Part shown: piece by piece, positions 1 to 11,489 of the stretch
Position numbering within the stretch: the first letter of the stretch is position 1
How the letters are laid out: the number at the start of each line of letters is the position of its first letter
Assembly (NCBI GenBank): GCA_964016885.1
Contig: OZ024741.1
Coordinates: 249,240,001 to 249,304,000, forward strand
From: Eledone cirrhosa
Lineage: Eukaryota
DNA: 64,000 nucleotides
Reading direction: 5' to 3'
Notes under the pieces: generated by a model
What the model saw: only the letters and a program-made list of their open reading frames with translations
The model's database searches: none
What the model was told of the DNA's origin: nothing
Made by a program: the position numbers and the translations under genes

Positions 1-28
1 GGGGGAGATAATTTGTAAAAAAAATCAA
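1..28 (+). repeat. Representative type B monomer (GGGGGAGATAATTTGT-An-TCA, n mostly 7-10)
   Basis: gggggagataatttgtaaaaaaaatca(a) at 1-28. It occurs in runs of about 3-11 copies throughout the window. Confidence 0.97.
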
Positions 29-53
29 GGGGAGATAATTTCCAGCCGTCCAA
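29..53 (+). repeat. Representative type A monomer, 25 bp (GGGGAGATAATTTCCAGCCGTCCAA)
   Basis: Exact copies at 29-53, 79-103 and 104-128, and hundreds more downstream. Confidence 0.97.
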
Positions 54-252
54 GGGGAGGTAATATCTAGCCATCCAAGGGGAGATAATTTCCAGCCGTC
101 CAAGGGGAGATAATTTCCAGCCGTCCAAGGGGAGATAATATCCAGCCGTCCAAGGAGACATATTTTCCAGCCGTCCAAGGAGAGGTAATTTCTAGCCGTC
201 CAAGGGGAGATAAGTTCCAGCCTCCAAGGGGAGATAATTTCCAGCCAGCCAA
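29..252 (+). repeat. Module P: nine type-A monomers (224 bp) in a fixed variant order; about 48 copies in the window
   Basis: Order: std, ggggaggtaatatctagccatccaa, std, std, aatatcc, ggagacatattttcc, ggagaggta or ggagacgta, 24-bp ataagttccagcctccaa, ccagccagccaa. The marker ggtaatatctagccatcc is at ~59, 1461, 2982, 4183 ... 63525. Some copies are 8-mers (e.g. ~11654) and one is a 7-mer (~55186). Confidence 0.93.
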
Positions 253-360
253 GGGGAGATAATTTGTAAAAAAATCAGGGGGGAGATAATTTGTAAAAAA
301 AATCAGGGGGAGATAATTTGAAAAAAAAATCAGGGGGAGATAATTTGTAAAAAATATCAA

Positions 361-510
361 GGGGAGATAATTTCCAGCCCTCCAAGGGGCTATAATTTCC
401 AGCCGTGCAAGGGGAGATAATTTCCAGCCGTCCAAGGGGAGATAATTTCCATCCTTCCAAGGGGAGATAATTTCCAGCCGTCCAAGGGGAGATAATTTCC
501 CGCCAGCCAA
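361..510 (+). repeat. Module T: six type-A monomers with marker ggggctataatttccagccgtgcaa; 12 copies
   Basis: Marker starts at 386, 5862, 10609, 14756, 19463, 23529, 28835, 33583, 37728, 41794, 51719 and 59731. It is always preceded by aaaaaatatcaa and followed by gggaagataa... and the 4-nt-deleted monomer ggcggagattgta. Confidence 0.92.
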
Positions 511-639
511 GGGAAGATAATTTTTTAAAAAATCAGGCGGAGATTGTAAAAAAAATCAGGGGGAGATAATTTGTAAAAAAAATCAGGGGGAGATAATTTG
601 TAAAAAAAATCAGGGGGAGATAATTTGTAAAAAAAATCA

Positions 640-740
640 GGGGTAGATAATTTTCAGCCGTCCAAGGGGAGATAATTTCCATCCTTCCAAGGGGAGATAA
701 TTTCCAGCCGTCCAAGGGGAGATAATTTCCCGCCAGCCAA
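640..740 (+). repeat. Module Q: four type-A monomers (ggggtaga entry, ccatccttccaa, std, cccgccagccaa), usually in pairs
   Basis: Examples at 640-740 and 846-946. The exit is ggagagataa(c/t)atttaaaaaaatcaggcgg. Confidence 0.92.
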
Positions 741-1191
741 GGAGAGATAACATTTAAAAAAATCAGGCGGAGATAATTTGTAAAAAAAATCAGGGGGAGA
801 TAATTTGTAAAAAAATCAGGGGGAGATAATTTGTAAAAAAAATCAGGGGTAGATAATTTCCAGCCGTCCAAGGGGAGATAATTTCCATCCTTCCAAGGGG
901 AGATAATTTCCAGCCGTCCAAGGGGAGATAATTTCCCGCCAGCCAAGGAGAGATAATATTTAAAAAAATCAGGCGGAGATAATTTGTAAAAAAAATCAGG
1001 GGGAGATAATTTGTAAAAAAATCAGGGGGAGATAATTTGTAAAAAAAAATCAGGGGGAGATAATTTGTAAAAAAAATCAGGGGGAGATAATTTGTAAAAA
1101 AAAATCAGGGGTAGATAATTTGTAAAAAAAAATCAGGGGGAGATAATTTGTAAAAAAAAAATCAGGGGGAGATAATTTGTAAAAAAATCAA

Positions 1192-1291
1192 GGGGAGATA
1201 ATTTCCAGCCGTCCAAGGGGAGATAATTTTCAGCCGTCCAAGGAGAGGTAATTTCTAGCCGTCCAAGGGGAGATAATTTCCAGCCGTCCAA
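1192..1291 (+). repeat. Module S: four type-A monomers (std, ttttcagcc, ggagaggtaatttct, std)
   Basis: Usually followed by a Tn-An monomer and ggcggagataatttgtaaacaaaaatca. A variant S* (ccaaagggag; ccaaggaggta) occurs at ~20903, 24969, 26307, 39168, 43234, 44572 and ~47999. Confidence 0.9.
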
Positions 1292-1791
1292 GGGGAGATA
1301 ATTTTTTTAAAAAAATCAGGCGGAGATAATTTGTAAACAAAAATCAGGGGGAGATAATTTGTAAAAAAAAATCAGGGGGAGATAATTTGTAAAAAAAAAT
1401 CAGGGGGAGATAATTTGTAAAAAAAATCAAGGGGAGATAATTTCCAGCCGTCCAAGGGGAGGTAATATCTAGCCATCCAAGGGGAGATAATTTCCAGCCG
1501 TCCAAGGGGAGATAATTTCCAGCCGTCCAAGGGGAGATAATATCCAGCCGTCCAAGGAGACATATTTTCCAGCCGTCCAAGGAGACGTAATTTCTAGCCG
1601 TCCAAGGGGAGATAAGTTCCAGCCTCCAAGGGGAGATAATTTCCAGCCAGCCAAGGGGAGATAATTTGTAAAAAAATTAGGGGGAGATAATTTGTAAAAA
1701 AAAATTAGGGGGAGATAATTTGTAAAAAAAAATCAGGGGGAGATAATTTGTAAAAAAAAATCAGGGGGAGATAATTTGTAAAAAAAATCAA

Positions 1792-1916
1792 GGGGAGATA
1801 ATTTCCAGCCGTCCAAGGGGAGATAATTTTCAGCCGTCCAAGGAGAGGTAAATTCTAGCCGTCCAAGGAGATATAATTTCCAGCCGTCCAAGGGGAGATA
1901 ATTTCCAGCCAGCCAA
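1792..1916 (+). repeat. Module R: five type-A monomers (S-like, with ggagaggtaaattct and ggagatataatttcc)
   Basis: Follows the 'acgta' form of P plus two attaggggg B monomers. Seen at 1792, 5241, 7242, 9988 ... ~63856. Confidence 0.9.
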
Positions 1917-3649
1917 GGGGAGATAATTTGTAAAAAAATCAGGGGGAGATAATTTGTAAAAAAAAAATCAGGGGGAGATAATTTGTAAAAAAATCAGGGG
2001 GAGATAATTTGTAAAAAAAAAATCAGGGGGAGATAATTTGTAAAAAAAATCAGGGGGAGATAATTTGTAAAAAAAATCAGGGGTAGATAATTTGTAAAAA
2101 AAATCAGGGGGAGATAATTTGTAAAAAAAATCAGGGGGAGATAATTTGTAAAAAAAATCAGGGGTAGATAATTTTCAGCCCTCCAAGGGGAGATAATTTC
2201 CATCCTTCCAAGGGGAGATAATTTCCAGCCGTCCAAGGGGAGATAATTTCCCGCCAGCCAAGGAGAGATAACATTTAAAAAAATCAGGCGGAGATAATTT
2301 GTAAAAAAAATCAGGGGGAGATAATTTGTAAAAAAATCAGGGGGAGATAATTTGTAAAAAAAATCAGGGGTAGATAATTTCCAGCCGTCCAAGGGGAGAT
2401 AATTTCCATCCTTCCAAGGGGAGATAATTTCCAGCCGTCCAAGGGGAGATAATTTCCCGCCAGCCAAGGAGAGATAATATTTAAAAAAATCAGGCGGAGA
2501 TAATTTGTAAAAAAAAATCAGGGGGAGATAATTTGTAAAAAAAACAGGGGGAGATAATTTGTAAAAAAAAATCAGGGGGAGATAATTTGTAAAAAAAATC
2601 AGGGGGAGATAATTTGTAAAAAAAAATCAGGGGTAGATAATTTGTAAAAAAAAATCAGGGGGAGATAATTTGTAAAAAAAAATCAGGGGGAGATAATTTG
2701 TAAAAAAATCAAGGGGAGATAATTTCCAGCCGTCCAAGGGGAGATAATTTTCAGCCGTCCAAGGAGAGGTAATTTCTAGCCGTCCAAGGGGAGATAATTT
2801 CCAGCCGTCCAAGGGGAGATAATTTTTTTAAAAAAATCAGGCGGAGATAATTTGTAAACAAAAATCAGGGGGAGATAATTTGTAAAAAAAAATCAGGGGG
2901 AGATAATTTGTAAAAAAAAATCAGGGGGAGATAATTTGTAAAAAAAATCAAGGGGAGATAATTTCCAGCCGTCCAAGGGGAGGTAATATCTAGCCATCCA
3001 AGGGGAGATAATTTCCAGCCGTCCAAGGGGAGATAATTTCCAGCCGTCCAAGGGGAAATAATATCCAGCCGTCCAAGGAGACATATTTTCCAGCCGTCCA
3101 AGGAGAGGTAATTTCTAGCCGTCCAAGGGGAGATAAGTTCCAGCCTCCAAGGGGAGATAATTTCCAGCCAGCCAAGGGGAGATAATTTGTAAAAAAATCA
3201 GGGGGAGATAATTTGTAAAAAAAAATCAGGGGGAGATAATTTGTAAAAAAATCAGGGGGAGATAATTTGTAAAAAAAAATCAGGGGGAGATAATTTGTAA
3301 AAAAAATCAGGGGGAGATAATTTGTAAAAAAAATCAGGGGTAGATAATTTGTAAAAAAAATCAGGGGGAGATAATTTGTAAAAAAAATCAGGGGGAGATA
3401 ATTTGTAAAAAAAATCAGGGGTAGATAATTTTCAGCCGTCCAAGGGGAGATAATTTCCATCCTTCCAAGGGGAGATAATTTCCAGCCGTCCAAGGGGAGA
3501 TAATTTCCCGCCAGCCAAGGAGAGATAACATTTAAAAAAATCAGGCGGAGATAATTTGTAAAAAAAATCAGGGGGAGATAATTTGTAAAAAAATCAGGGG
3601 GAGATAATTTGTAAAAAAAATCAGGGGTAGATAATTTCCAGCCGTCCAA

Positions 3650-5103
3650 GGGGAGATAATTTCCAGCCGTCCAAGGGGAGATAATTTCCCGCCAGCCAAG
3701 GAGAGATAACATTTAAAAAAATCAGGCGGAGATAATTTGTAAAAAAATCAGGGGGAGATAATTTGTAAAAAAATCAGGGGGAGATAATTTGTAAAAAAAA
3801 ATCAGGGGGAGATAATTTGTAAAAAAAATCAGGGGGAGATAATTTGTAAAAAAAAATCAGGGGTAGATAATTTGTAAAAAAAAATCAGGGGGAGATAATT
3901 TGTAAAAAAATCAAGGGGAGATAATTTCCAGCCGTCCAAGGGGAGATAATTTTCAGCCGTCCAAGGAGAGGTAATTTCTAGCCGTCCAAGGGGAGATAAT
4001 TTCCAGCCGTCCAAGGGGAGATAATTTTTTAAAAAAATCAGGCGGAGATAATTTGTAAACAAAAATCAGGGGGAGATAATTTGTAAAAAAAAATCAGGGG
4101 GAGATAATTTGTAAAAAAAAATCAGGGGGAGATAATTTGTAAAAAAAATCAAGGGGAGATAATTTCCAGCCGTCCAAGGGGAGGTAATATCTAGCCATCC
4201 AAGGGGAGATAATTTCCAGCCGTCCAAGGGGAGATAATTTCCAGCCGTCCAAGGGGAGATAATATCCAGCCGTCCAAGGAGACATATTTTCCAGCCGTCC
4301 AAGGAGACGTAATTTCTAGCCGTCCAAGGGGAGATAAGTTCCAGCCTCCAAGGGGAGATAATTTCCAGCCAGCCAAGGGGAGATAATTTCCAGCCGTCCA
4401 AGGGGAGATAATTTCCCGCCAGCCAAGGAGAGATAACATTTAAAAAAATCAGGCGGAGATAATTTGTAAAAAAATCAGGGGGAGATAATTTGTAAAAAAA
4501 TCAGGGGGAGATAATTTGTAAAAAAAAATCAGGGGGAGATAATTTGTAAAAAAAATCAGGGGGAGATAATTTGTAAAAAAAAATCAGGGGTAGATAATTT
4601 GTAAAAAAAAATCAGGGGGAGATAATTTGTAAAAAAATCAAGGGGAGATAATTTCCAGCCGTCCAAGGGGAGATAATTTTCAGCCGTCCAAGGAGAGGTA
4701 ATTTCTAGCCGTCCAAGGGGAGATAATTTCCAGCCGTCCAAGGGGAGATAATTTTTTAAAAAAATCAGGCGGAGATAATTTGTAAACAAAAATCAGGGGG
4801 AGATAATTTGTAAAAAAAAATCAGGGGGAGATAATTTGTAAAAAAAAATCAGGGGGAGATAATTTGTAAAAAAAATCAAGGGGAGATAATTTCCAGCCGT
4901 CCAAGGGGAGGTAATATCTAGCCATCCAAGGGGAGATAATTTCCAGCCGTCCAAGGGGAGATAATTTCCAGCCGTCCAAGGGGAGATAATATCCAGCCGT
5001 CCAAGGAGACATATTTTCCAGCCGTCCAAGGAGACGTAATTTCTAGCCGTCCAAGGGGAGATAAGTTCCAGCCTCCAAGGGGAGATAATTTCCAGCCAGC
5101 CAA
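3650..5103. repeat. 727-bp tandem duplication (3650-4376 / 4377-5103)
   Basis: ORF offsets 3829->4556 and 4066->4793 are both 727. An out-of-order P-to-Q-tail junction sits at 4377. Confidence 0.85.
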
Positions 5104-5836
5104 GGGGAGATAATTTGTAAAAAAATTAGGGGGAGATAATTTGTAAAAAAAAATTAGGGGGAGATAATTTGTAAAAAAAAATCAGGGGGAGATAATTTGT
5201 AAAAAAAAATCAGGGGGAGATAATTTGTAAAAAAAATCAAGGGGAGATAATTTCCAGCCGTCCAAGGGGAGATAATTTTCAGCCGTCCAAGGAGAGGTAA
5301 ATTCTAGCCGTCCAAGGAGATATAATTTCCAGCCGTCCAAGGGGAGATAATTTCCAGCCGTCCAAGGGGAGATAATTTTTAAAAAAAAATCAGGCGGAGA
5401 TAATTTGTAAACAAAAATCAGGGGGAGATAATTTTTAAAAAAAAATCAGGGGGAGATAATTTGTAAAAAAAAATCAGGGGGAGATAATTTGTAAAAAAAA
5501 TCAAGGGGAGATAATTTCCAGCCGTCCAAGGGGAGGTAATATCTAGCCATCCAAGGGGAGATAATTTCCAGCCGTCCAAGGGGAGATAATTTCCAGCCGT
5601 CCAAGGGGAGATAATATCCAGCCGTCCAAGGAGACATATTTTCCAGCCGTCCAAGGAGAGGTAATTTCTAGCCGTCCAAGGGGAGATAAGTTCCAGCCTC
5701 CAAGGGGAGATAATTTCCAGCCAGCCAAGGGGAGATAATTTGTAAAAAAATCAGGGGGGAGATAATTTGTAAAAAAAATCAGGGGGAGATAATTTGAAAA
5801 AAAAATCAGGGGGAGATAATTTGTAAAAAATATCAA

Positions 5837-8800
5837 GGGGAGATAATTTCCAGCCCTCCAAGGGGCTATAATTTCCAGCCGTGCAAGGGGAGATAATTTC
5901 CAGCCGTCCAAGGGGAGATAATTTCCATCCTTCCAAGGGGAGATAATTTCCAGCCGTCCAAGGGGAGATAATTTCCCGCCAGCCAAGGGAAGATAATTTT
6001 TTAAAAAATCAGGCGGAGATTGTAAAAAAAATCAGGGGGAGATAATTTGTAAAAAAAATCAGGGGGAGATAATTTGTAAAAAAAATCAGGGGGAGATAAT
6101 TTGTAAAAAAAATCAGGGGTAGATAATTTTCAGCCGTCCAAGGGGAGATAATTTCCATCCTTCCAAGGGGAGATAATTTCCAGCCGTCCAAGGGGAGATA
6201 ATTTCCCGCCAGCCAAGGAGAGATAACATTTAAAAAAATCAGGCGGAGATAATTTGTAAAAAAAATCAGGGGGAGATAATTTGTAAAAAAATCAGGGGGA
6301 GATAATTTGTAAAAAAAATCAGGGGTAGATAATTTCCAGCCGTCCAAGGGAAGATAATTTCCATCCTTCCAAGGGGAGATAATTTCCAGCCGTCCAAGGG
6401 GAGATAATTTCCCGCCAGCCAAGGAGAGATAATATTTAAAAAAATCAGGCGGAGATAATTTGTAAAAAAAATCAGGGGGAGATAATTTGTAAAAAAAAAT
6501 CAGGGGGAGATAATTTGTAAAAAAAATCAGGGGGAGATAATTTGTAAAAAAAAATCAGGGGTAGATAATTTGTAAAAAAAAATCAGGGGGAGATAATTTG
6601 TAAAAAAAAAATCAGGGGGAGATAATTTGTAAAAAAATCAAGGGGAGATAATTTCCAGCCGTCCAAGGGGAGATAATTTTCAGCCGTCCAAGGAGAGGTA
6701 ATTTCTAGCCGTCCAAGGGGAGATAATTTCCAGCCGTCCAAGGGGAGATAATTTTTTTTAAAAAATCAGGCGGAGATAATTTGTAAACAAAAATCAGGGG
6801 GAGATAATTTGTAAAAAAAAATCAGGGGGAGATAATTTGTAAAAAAAAATCAGGGGGAGATAATTTGTAAAAAAAATCAAGGGGAGATAATTTCCAGCCG
6901 TCCAAGGGGAGGTAATATCTAGCCATCCAAGGGGAGATAATTTCCAGCCGTCCAAGGGGAGATAATTTCCAGCCGTCCAAGGGGAGATAATATCCAGCCG
7001 TCCAAGGAGACATATTTTCCAGCCGTCCAAGGAGACGTAATTTCTAGCCGTCCAAGGGGAGATAAGTTCCAGCCTCCAAGGGGAGATAATTTCCAGCCAG
7101 CCAAGGGGAGATAATTTGTAAAAAAATTAGGGGGAGATAATTTGTAAAAAAAAATTAGGGGGAGATAATTTGTAAAAAAAAATCAGGGGGAGATAATTTG
7201 TAAAAAAAAATCAGGGGGAGATAATTTGTAAAAAAAATCAAGGGGAGATAATTTCCAGCCGTCCAAGGGGAGATAATTTTCAGCCGTCCAAGGAGAGGTA
7301 AATTCTAGCCGTCCAAGGAGATATAATTTCCAGCCGTCCAAGGGGAGATAATTTCCAGCCAGCCAAGGGGAGATAATTTGTAAAAAAATCAGGGGGAGAT
7401 AATTTGTAAAAAAAAAATCAGGGGGAGATAATTTGTAAAAAAATCAGGGGGAGATAATTTGTAAAAAAAAAATCAGGGGGAGATAATTTGTAAAAAAAAT
7501 CAGGGGGAGATAATTTGTAAAAAAAATCAGGGGTAGATAATTTGTAAAAAAAATCAGGGGGAGATAATTTGTAAAAAAAATCAGGGGGAGATAATTTGTA
7601 AAAAAAATCAGGGGTAGATAATTTTCAGCCCTCCAAGGGGAGATAATTTCCATCCTTCCAAGGGGAGATAATTTCCAGCCGTCCAAGGGGAGATAATTTC
7701 CCGCCAGCCAAGGAGAGATAACATTTAAAAAAATCAGGCGGAGATAATTTGTAAAAAAAATCAGGGGGAGATAATTTGTAAAAAAATCAGGGGGAGATAA
7801 TTTGTAAAAAAAATCAGGGGTAGATAATTTCCAGCCGTCCAAGGGGAGATAATTTCCATCCTTCCAAGGGGAGATAATTTCCAGCCGTCCAAGGGGAGAT
7901 AATTTCCCGCCAGCCAAGGAGAGATAATATTTAAAAAAATCAGGCGGAGATAATTTGTAAAAAAAAATCAGGGGGAGATAATTTGTAAAAAAATCAGGGG
8001 GAGATAATTTGTAAAAAAAAATCAGGGGGAGATAATTTGTAAAAAAAATCAGGGGGAGATAATTTGTAAAAAAAAATCAGGGGTAGATAATTTGTAAAAA
8101 AAAATCAGGGGGAGATAATTTGTAAAAAAAAATCAGGGGGAGATAATTTGTAAAAAAATCAAGGGGAGATAATTTCCAGCCGTCCAAGGGGAGATAATTT
8201 TCAGCCGTCCAAGGAGAGGTAATTTGTAGCCGTCCAAGGGGAGATAATTTCCAGCCGTCCAAGGGGAGATAATTTTTTTAAAAAAATCAGGCGGAGATAA
8301 TTTGTAAACAAAAATCAGGGGGAGATAATTTGTAAAAAAAAATCAGGGGGAGATAATTTGTAAAAAAAAATCAGGGGGAGATAATTTGTAAAAAAAATCA
8401 AGGGGAGATAATTTCCAGCCGTCCAAGGGGAGGTAATATCTAGCCATCCAAGGGGAGATAATTTCCAGCCGTCCAAGGGGAGATAATTTCCAGCCGTCCA
8501 AGGGGAGATAATATCCAGCCGTCCAAGGAGACATATTTTCCAGCCGTCCAAGGAGAGGTAATTTCTAGCCGTCCAAGGGGAGATAAGTTCCAGCCTCCAA
8601 GGGGAGATAATTTCCAGCCAGCCAAGGGGAGATAATTTGTAAAAAAATCAGGGGGAGATAATTTGTAAAAAAAAATCAGGGGGAGATAATTTGTAAAAAA
8701 ATCAGGGGGAGATAATTTGTAAAAAAAAATCAGGGGGAGATAATTTGTAAAAAAAATCAGGGGGAGATAATTTGTAAAAAAAATCAGGGGTAGATAATTT

Positions 8801-10583
8801 GTAAAAAAAATCAGGGGGAGATAATTTGTAAAAAAAATCAGGGGGAGATAATTTGTAAAAAAAATCAGGGGTAGATAATTTTCAGCCGTCCAAGGGGAGA
8901 TAATTTCCATCCTTCCAAGGGGAGATAATTTCCAGCCGTCCAAGGGGAGATAATTTCCCGCCAGCCAAGGAGAGATAACATTTAAAAAAATCAGGCGGAG
9001 ATAATTTGTAAAAAAAATCAGGGGGAGATAATTTGTAAAAAAATCAGGGGGAGATAATTTGTAAAAAAAATCAGGGGTAGATAATTTCCAGCCGTCCAAG
9101 GGGAGATAATTTCCATCCTTCCAAGGGGAGATAATTTCCAGCCGTCCAAGGGGAGATAATTTCCCGCCAGCCAAGGAGAGATAACATTTAAAAAAATCAG
9201 GCGGAGATAATTTGTAAAAAAATCAGGGGGAGATAATTTGTAAAAAAATCAGGGGGAGATAATTTGTAAAAAAAAATCAGGGGGAGATAATTTGTAAAAA
9301 AAATCAGGGGGAGATAATTTGTAAAAAAAAATCAGGGGTAGATAATTTGTAAAAAAAAATCAGGGGGAGATAATTTGTAAAAAAATCAAGGGGAGATAAT
9401 TTCCAGCCGTCCAAGGGGAGATAATTTTCAGCCGTCCAAGGAGAGGTAATTTCTAGCCGTCCAAGGGGAGATAATTTCCAGCCGTCCAAGGGGAGATAAT
9501 TTTTTAAAAAAATCAGGCGGAGATAATTTGTAAACAAAAATCAGGGGGAGATAATTTGTAAAAAAAAATCAGGGGGAGATAATTTGTAAAAAAAAATCAG
9601 GGGGAGATAATTTGTAAAAAAAATCAAGGGGAGATAATTTCCAGCCGTCCAAGGGGAGGTAATATCTAGCCATCCAAGGGGAGATAATTTCCAGCCGTCC
9701 AAGGGGAGATAATTTCCAGCCGTCCAAGGGGAGATAATATCCAGCCGTCCAAGGAGACATATTTTCCAGCCGTCCAAGGAGACGTAATTTCTAGCCGTCC
9801 AAGGGGAGATAAGTTCCAGCCTCCAAGGGGAGATAATTTCCAGCCAGCCAAGGGGAGATAATTTGTAAAAAAATTAGGGGGAGATAATTTGTAAAAAAAA
9901 ATTAGGGGGAGATAATTTGTAAAAAAAAATCAGGGGGAGATAATTTGTAAAAAAAAATCAGGGGGAGATAATTTGTAAAAAAAATCAAGGGGAGATAATT
10001 TCCAGCCGTCCAAGGGGAGATAATTTTCAGCCGTCCAAGGAGAGGTAAATTCTAGCCGTCCAAGGAGATATAATTTCCAGCCGTCCAAGGGGAGATAATT
10101 TCCAGCCGTCCAAGGGGAGATAATTTTTAAAAAAAATCAGGCGGAGATAATTTGTAAACAAAAATCAGGGGGAGATAATTTTTAAAAAAAAATCAGGGGG
10201 AGATAATTTGTAAAAAAAAATCAGGGGGAGATAATTTGTAAAAAAAATCAAGGGGAGATAATTTCCAGCCGTCCAAGGGGAGGTAATATCTAGCCATCCA
10301 AGGGGAGATAATTTCCAGCCGTCCAAGGGGAGATAATTTCCAGCCGTCCAAGGGGAGATAATATCCAGCCGTCCAAGGAGACATATTTTCCAGCCGTCCA
10401 AGGAGAGGTAATTTCTAGCCGTCCAAGGGGAGATAAGTTCCAGCCTCCAAGGGGAGATAATTTCCAGCCAGCCAAGGGGAGATAATTTGTAAAAAAATCA
10501 GGGGGGAGATAATTTGTAAAAAAAATCAGGGGGAGATAATTTGAAAAAAAAATCAGGGGGAGATAATTTGTAAAAAATATCAA
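5837..10583. repeat. Representative ~4.75-kb higher-order repeat unit (T-Q-Q-S-Pc-R-Q-Q-S-Pg-Q-Q-S-Pc-R-Pg)
   Basis: T-to-T spacing is 4747 (5862->10609) and 4748 (28835->33583). The same module order is found at 361-5836 (plus the 727-bp duplication) and from 59706 to the window end (ORF offsets 53867-53869). Confidence 0.88.
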
Positions 10584-11489
10584 GGGGAGATAATTTCCAG
10601 CCCTCCAAGGGGCTATAATTTCCAGCCGTGCAAGGGGAGATAATTTCCAGCCGTCCAAGGGGAGATAATTTCCATCCTTCCAAGGGGAGATAATTTCCAG
10701 CCGTCCAAGGGGAGATAATTTCCCGCCAGCCAAGGGAAGATAATTTTTTAAAAAATCAGGCGGAGATTGTAAAAAAAATCAGGGGGAGATAATTTGTAAA
10801 AAAAATCAGGGGGAGATAATTTGTAAAAAAAATCAGGGGGAGATAATTTGTAAAAAAAATCAGGGGTAGATAATTTTCAGCCGTCCAAGGGGAGATAATT
10901 TCCATCCTTCCAAGGGGAGATAATTTCCAGCCGTCCAAGGGGAGATAATTTCCCGCCAGCCAAGGAGAGATAACATTTAAAAAAATCAGGCGGAGATAAT
11001 TTGTAAAAAAAATCAGGGGGAGATAATTTGTAAAAAAATCAGGGGGAGATAATTTGTAAAAAAAATCAGGGGTAGATAATTTCCAGCCGTCCAAGGGGAG
11101 ATAATTTCCATCCTTCCAAGGGGAGATAATTTCCAGCCGTCCAAGGGGAGATAATTTCCCGCCAGCCAAGGAGAGATAATATTTAAAAAAATCAGGCGGA
11201 GATAATTTGTAAAAAAAATCAGGGGGAGATAATTTGTAAAAAAATCAGGGGGAGATAATTTGTAAAAAAAAATCAGGGGGAGATAATTTGTAAAAAAAAT
11301 CAGGGGGAGATAATTTGTAAAAAAAAATCAGGGGTAGATAATTTGTAAAAAAAAATCAGGGGGAGATAATTTGTAAAAAAAAAATCAGGGGGAGATAATT
11401 TGTAAAAAAATCAAGGGGAGATAATTTCCAGCCGTCCAAGGGGAGATAATTTTCAGCCGTCCAAGGAGAGGTAATTTCTAGCCGTCCAA

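Noticed and set aside
54-1710. RIP or methylation signature from CpA>TpA (ctag, ttag) and CpG>CpA (gccatcc) variants
   Set aside because: These are a few ancient changes amplified by duplication. Most CpA and CpG sites are intact and the private variants include many transversions.
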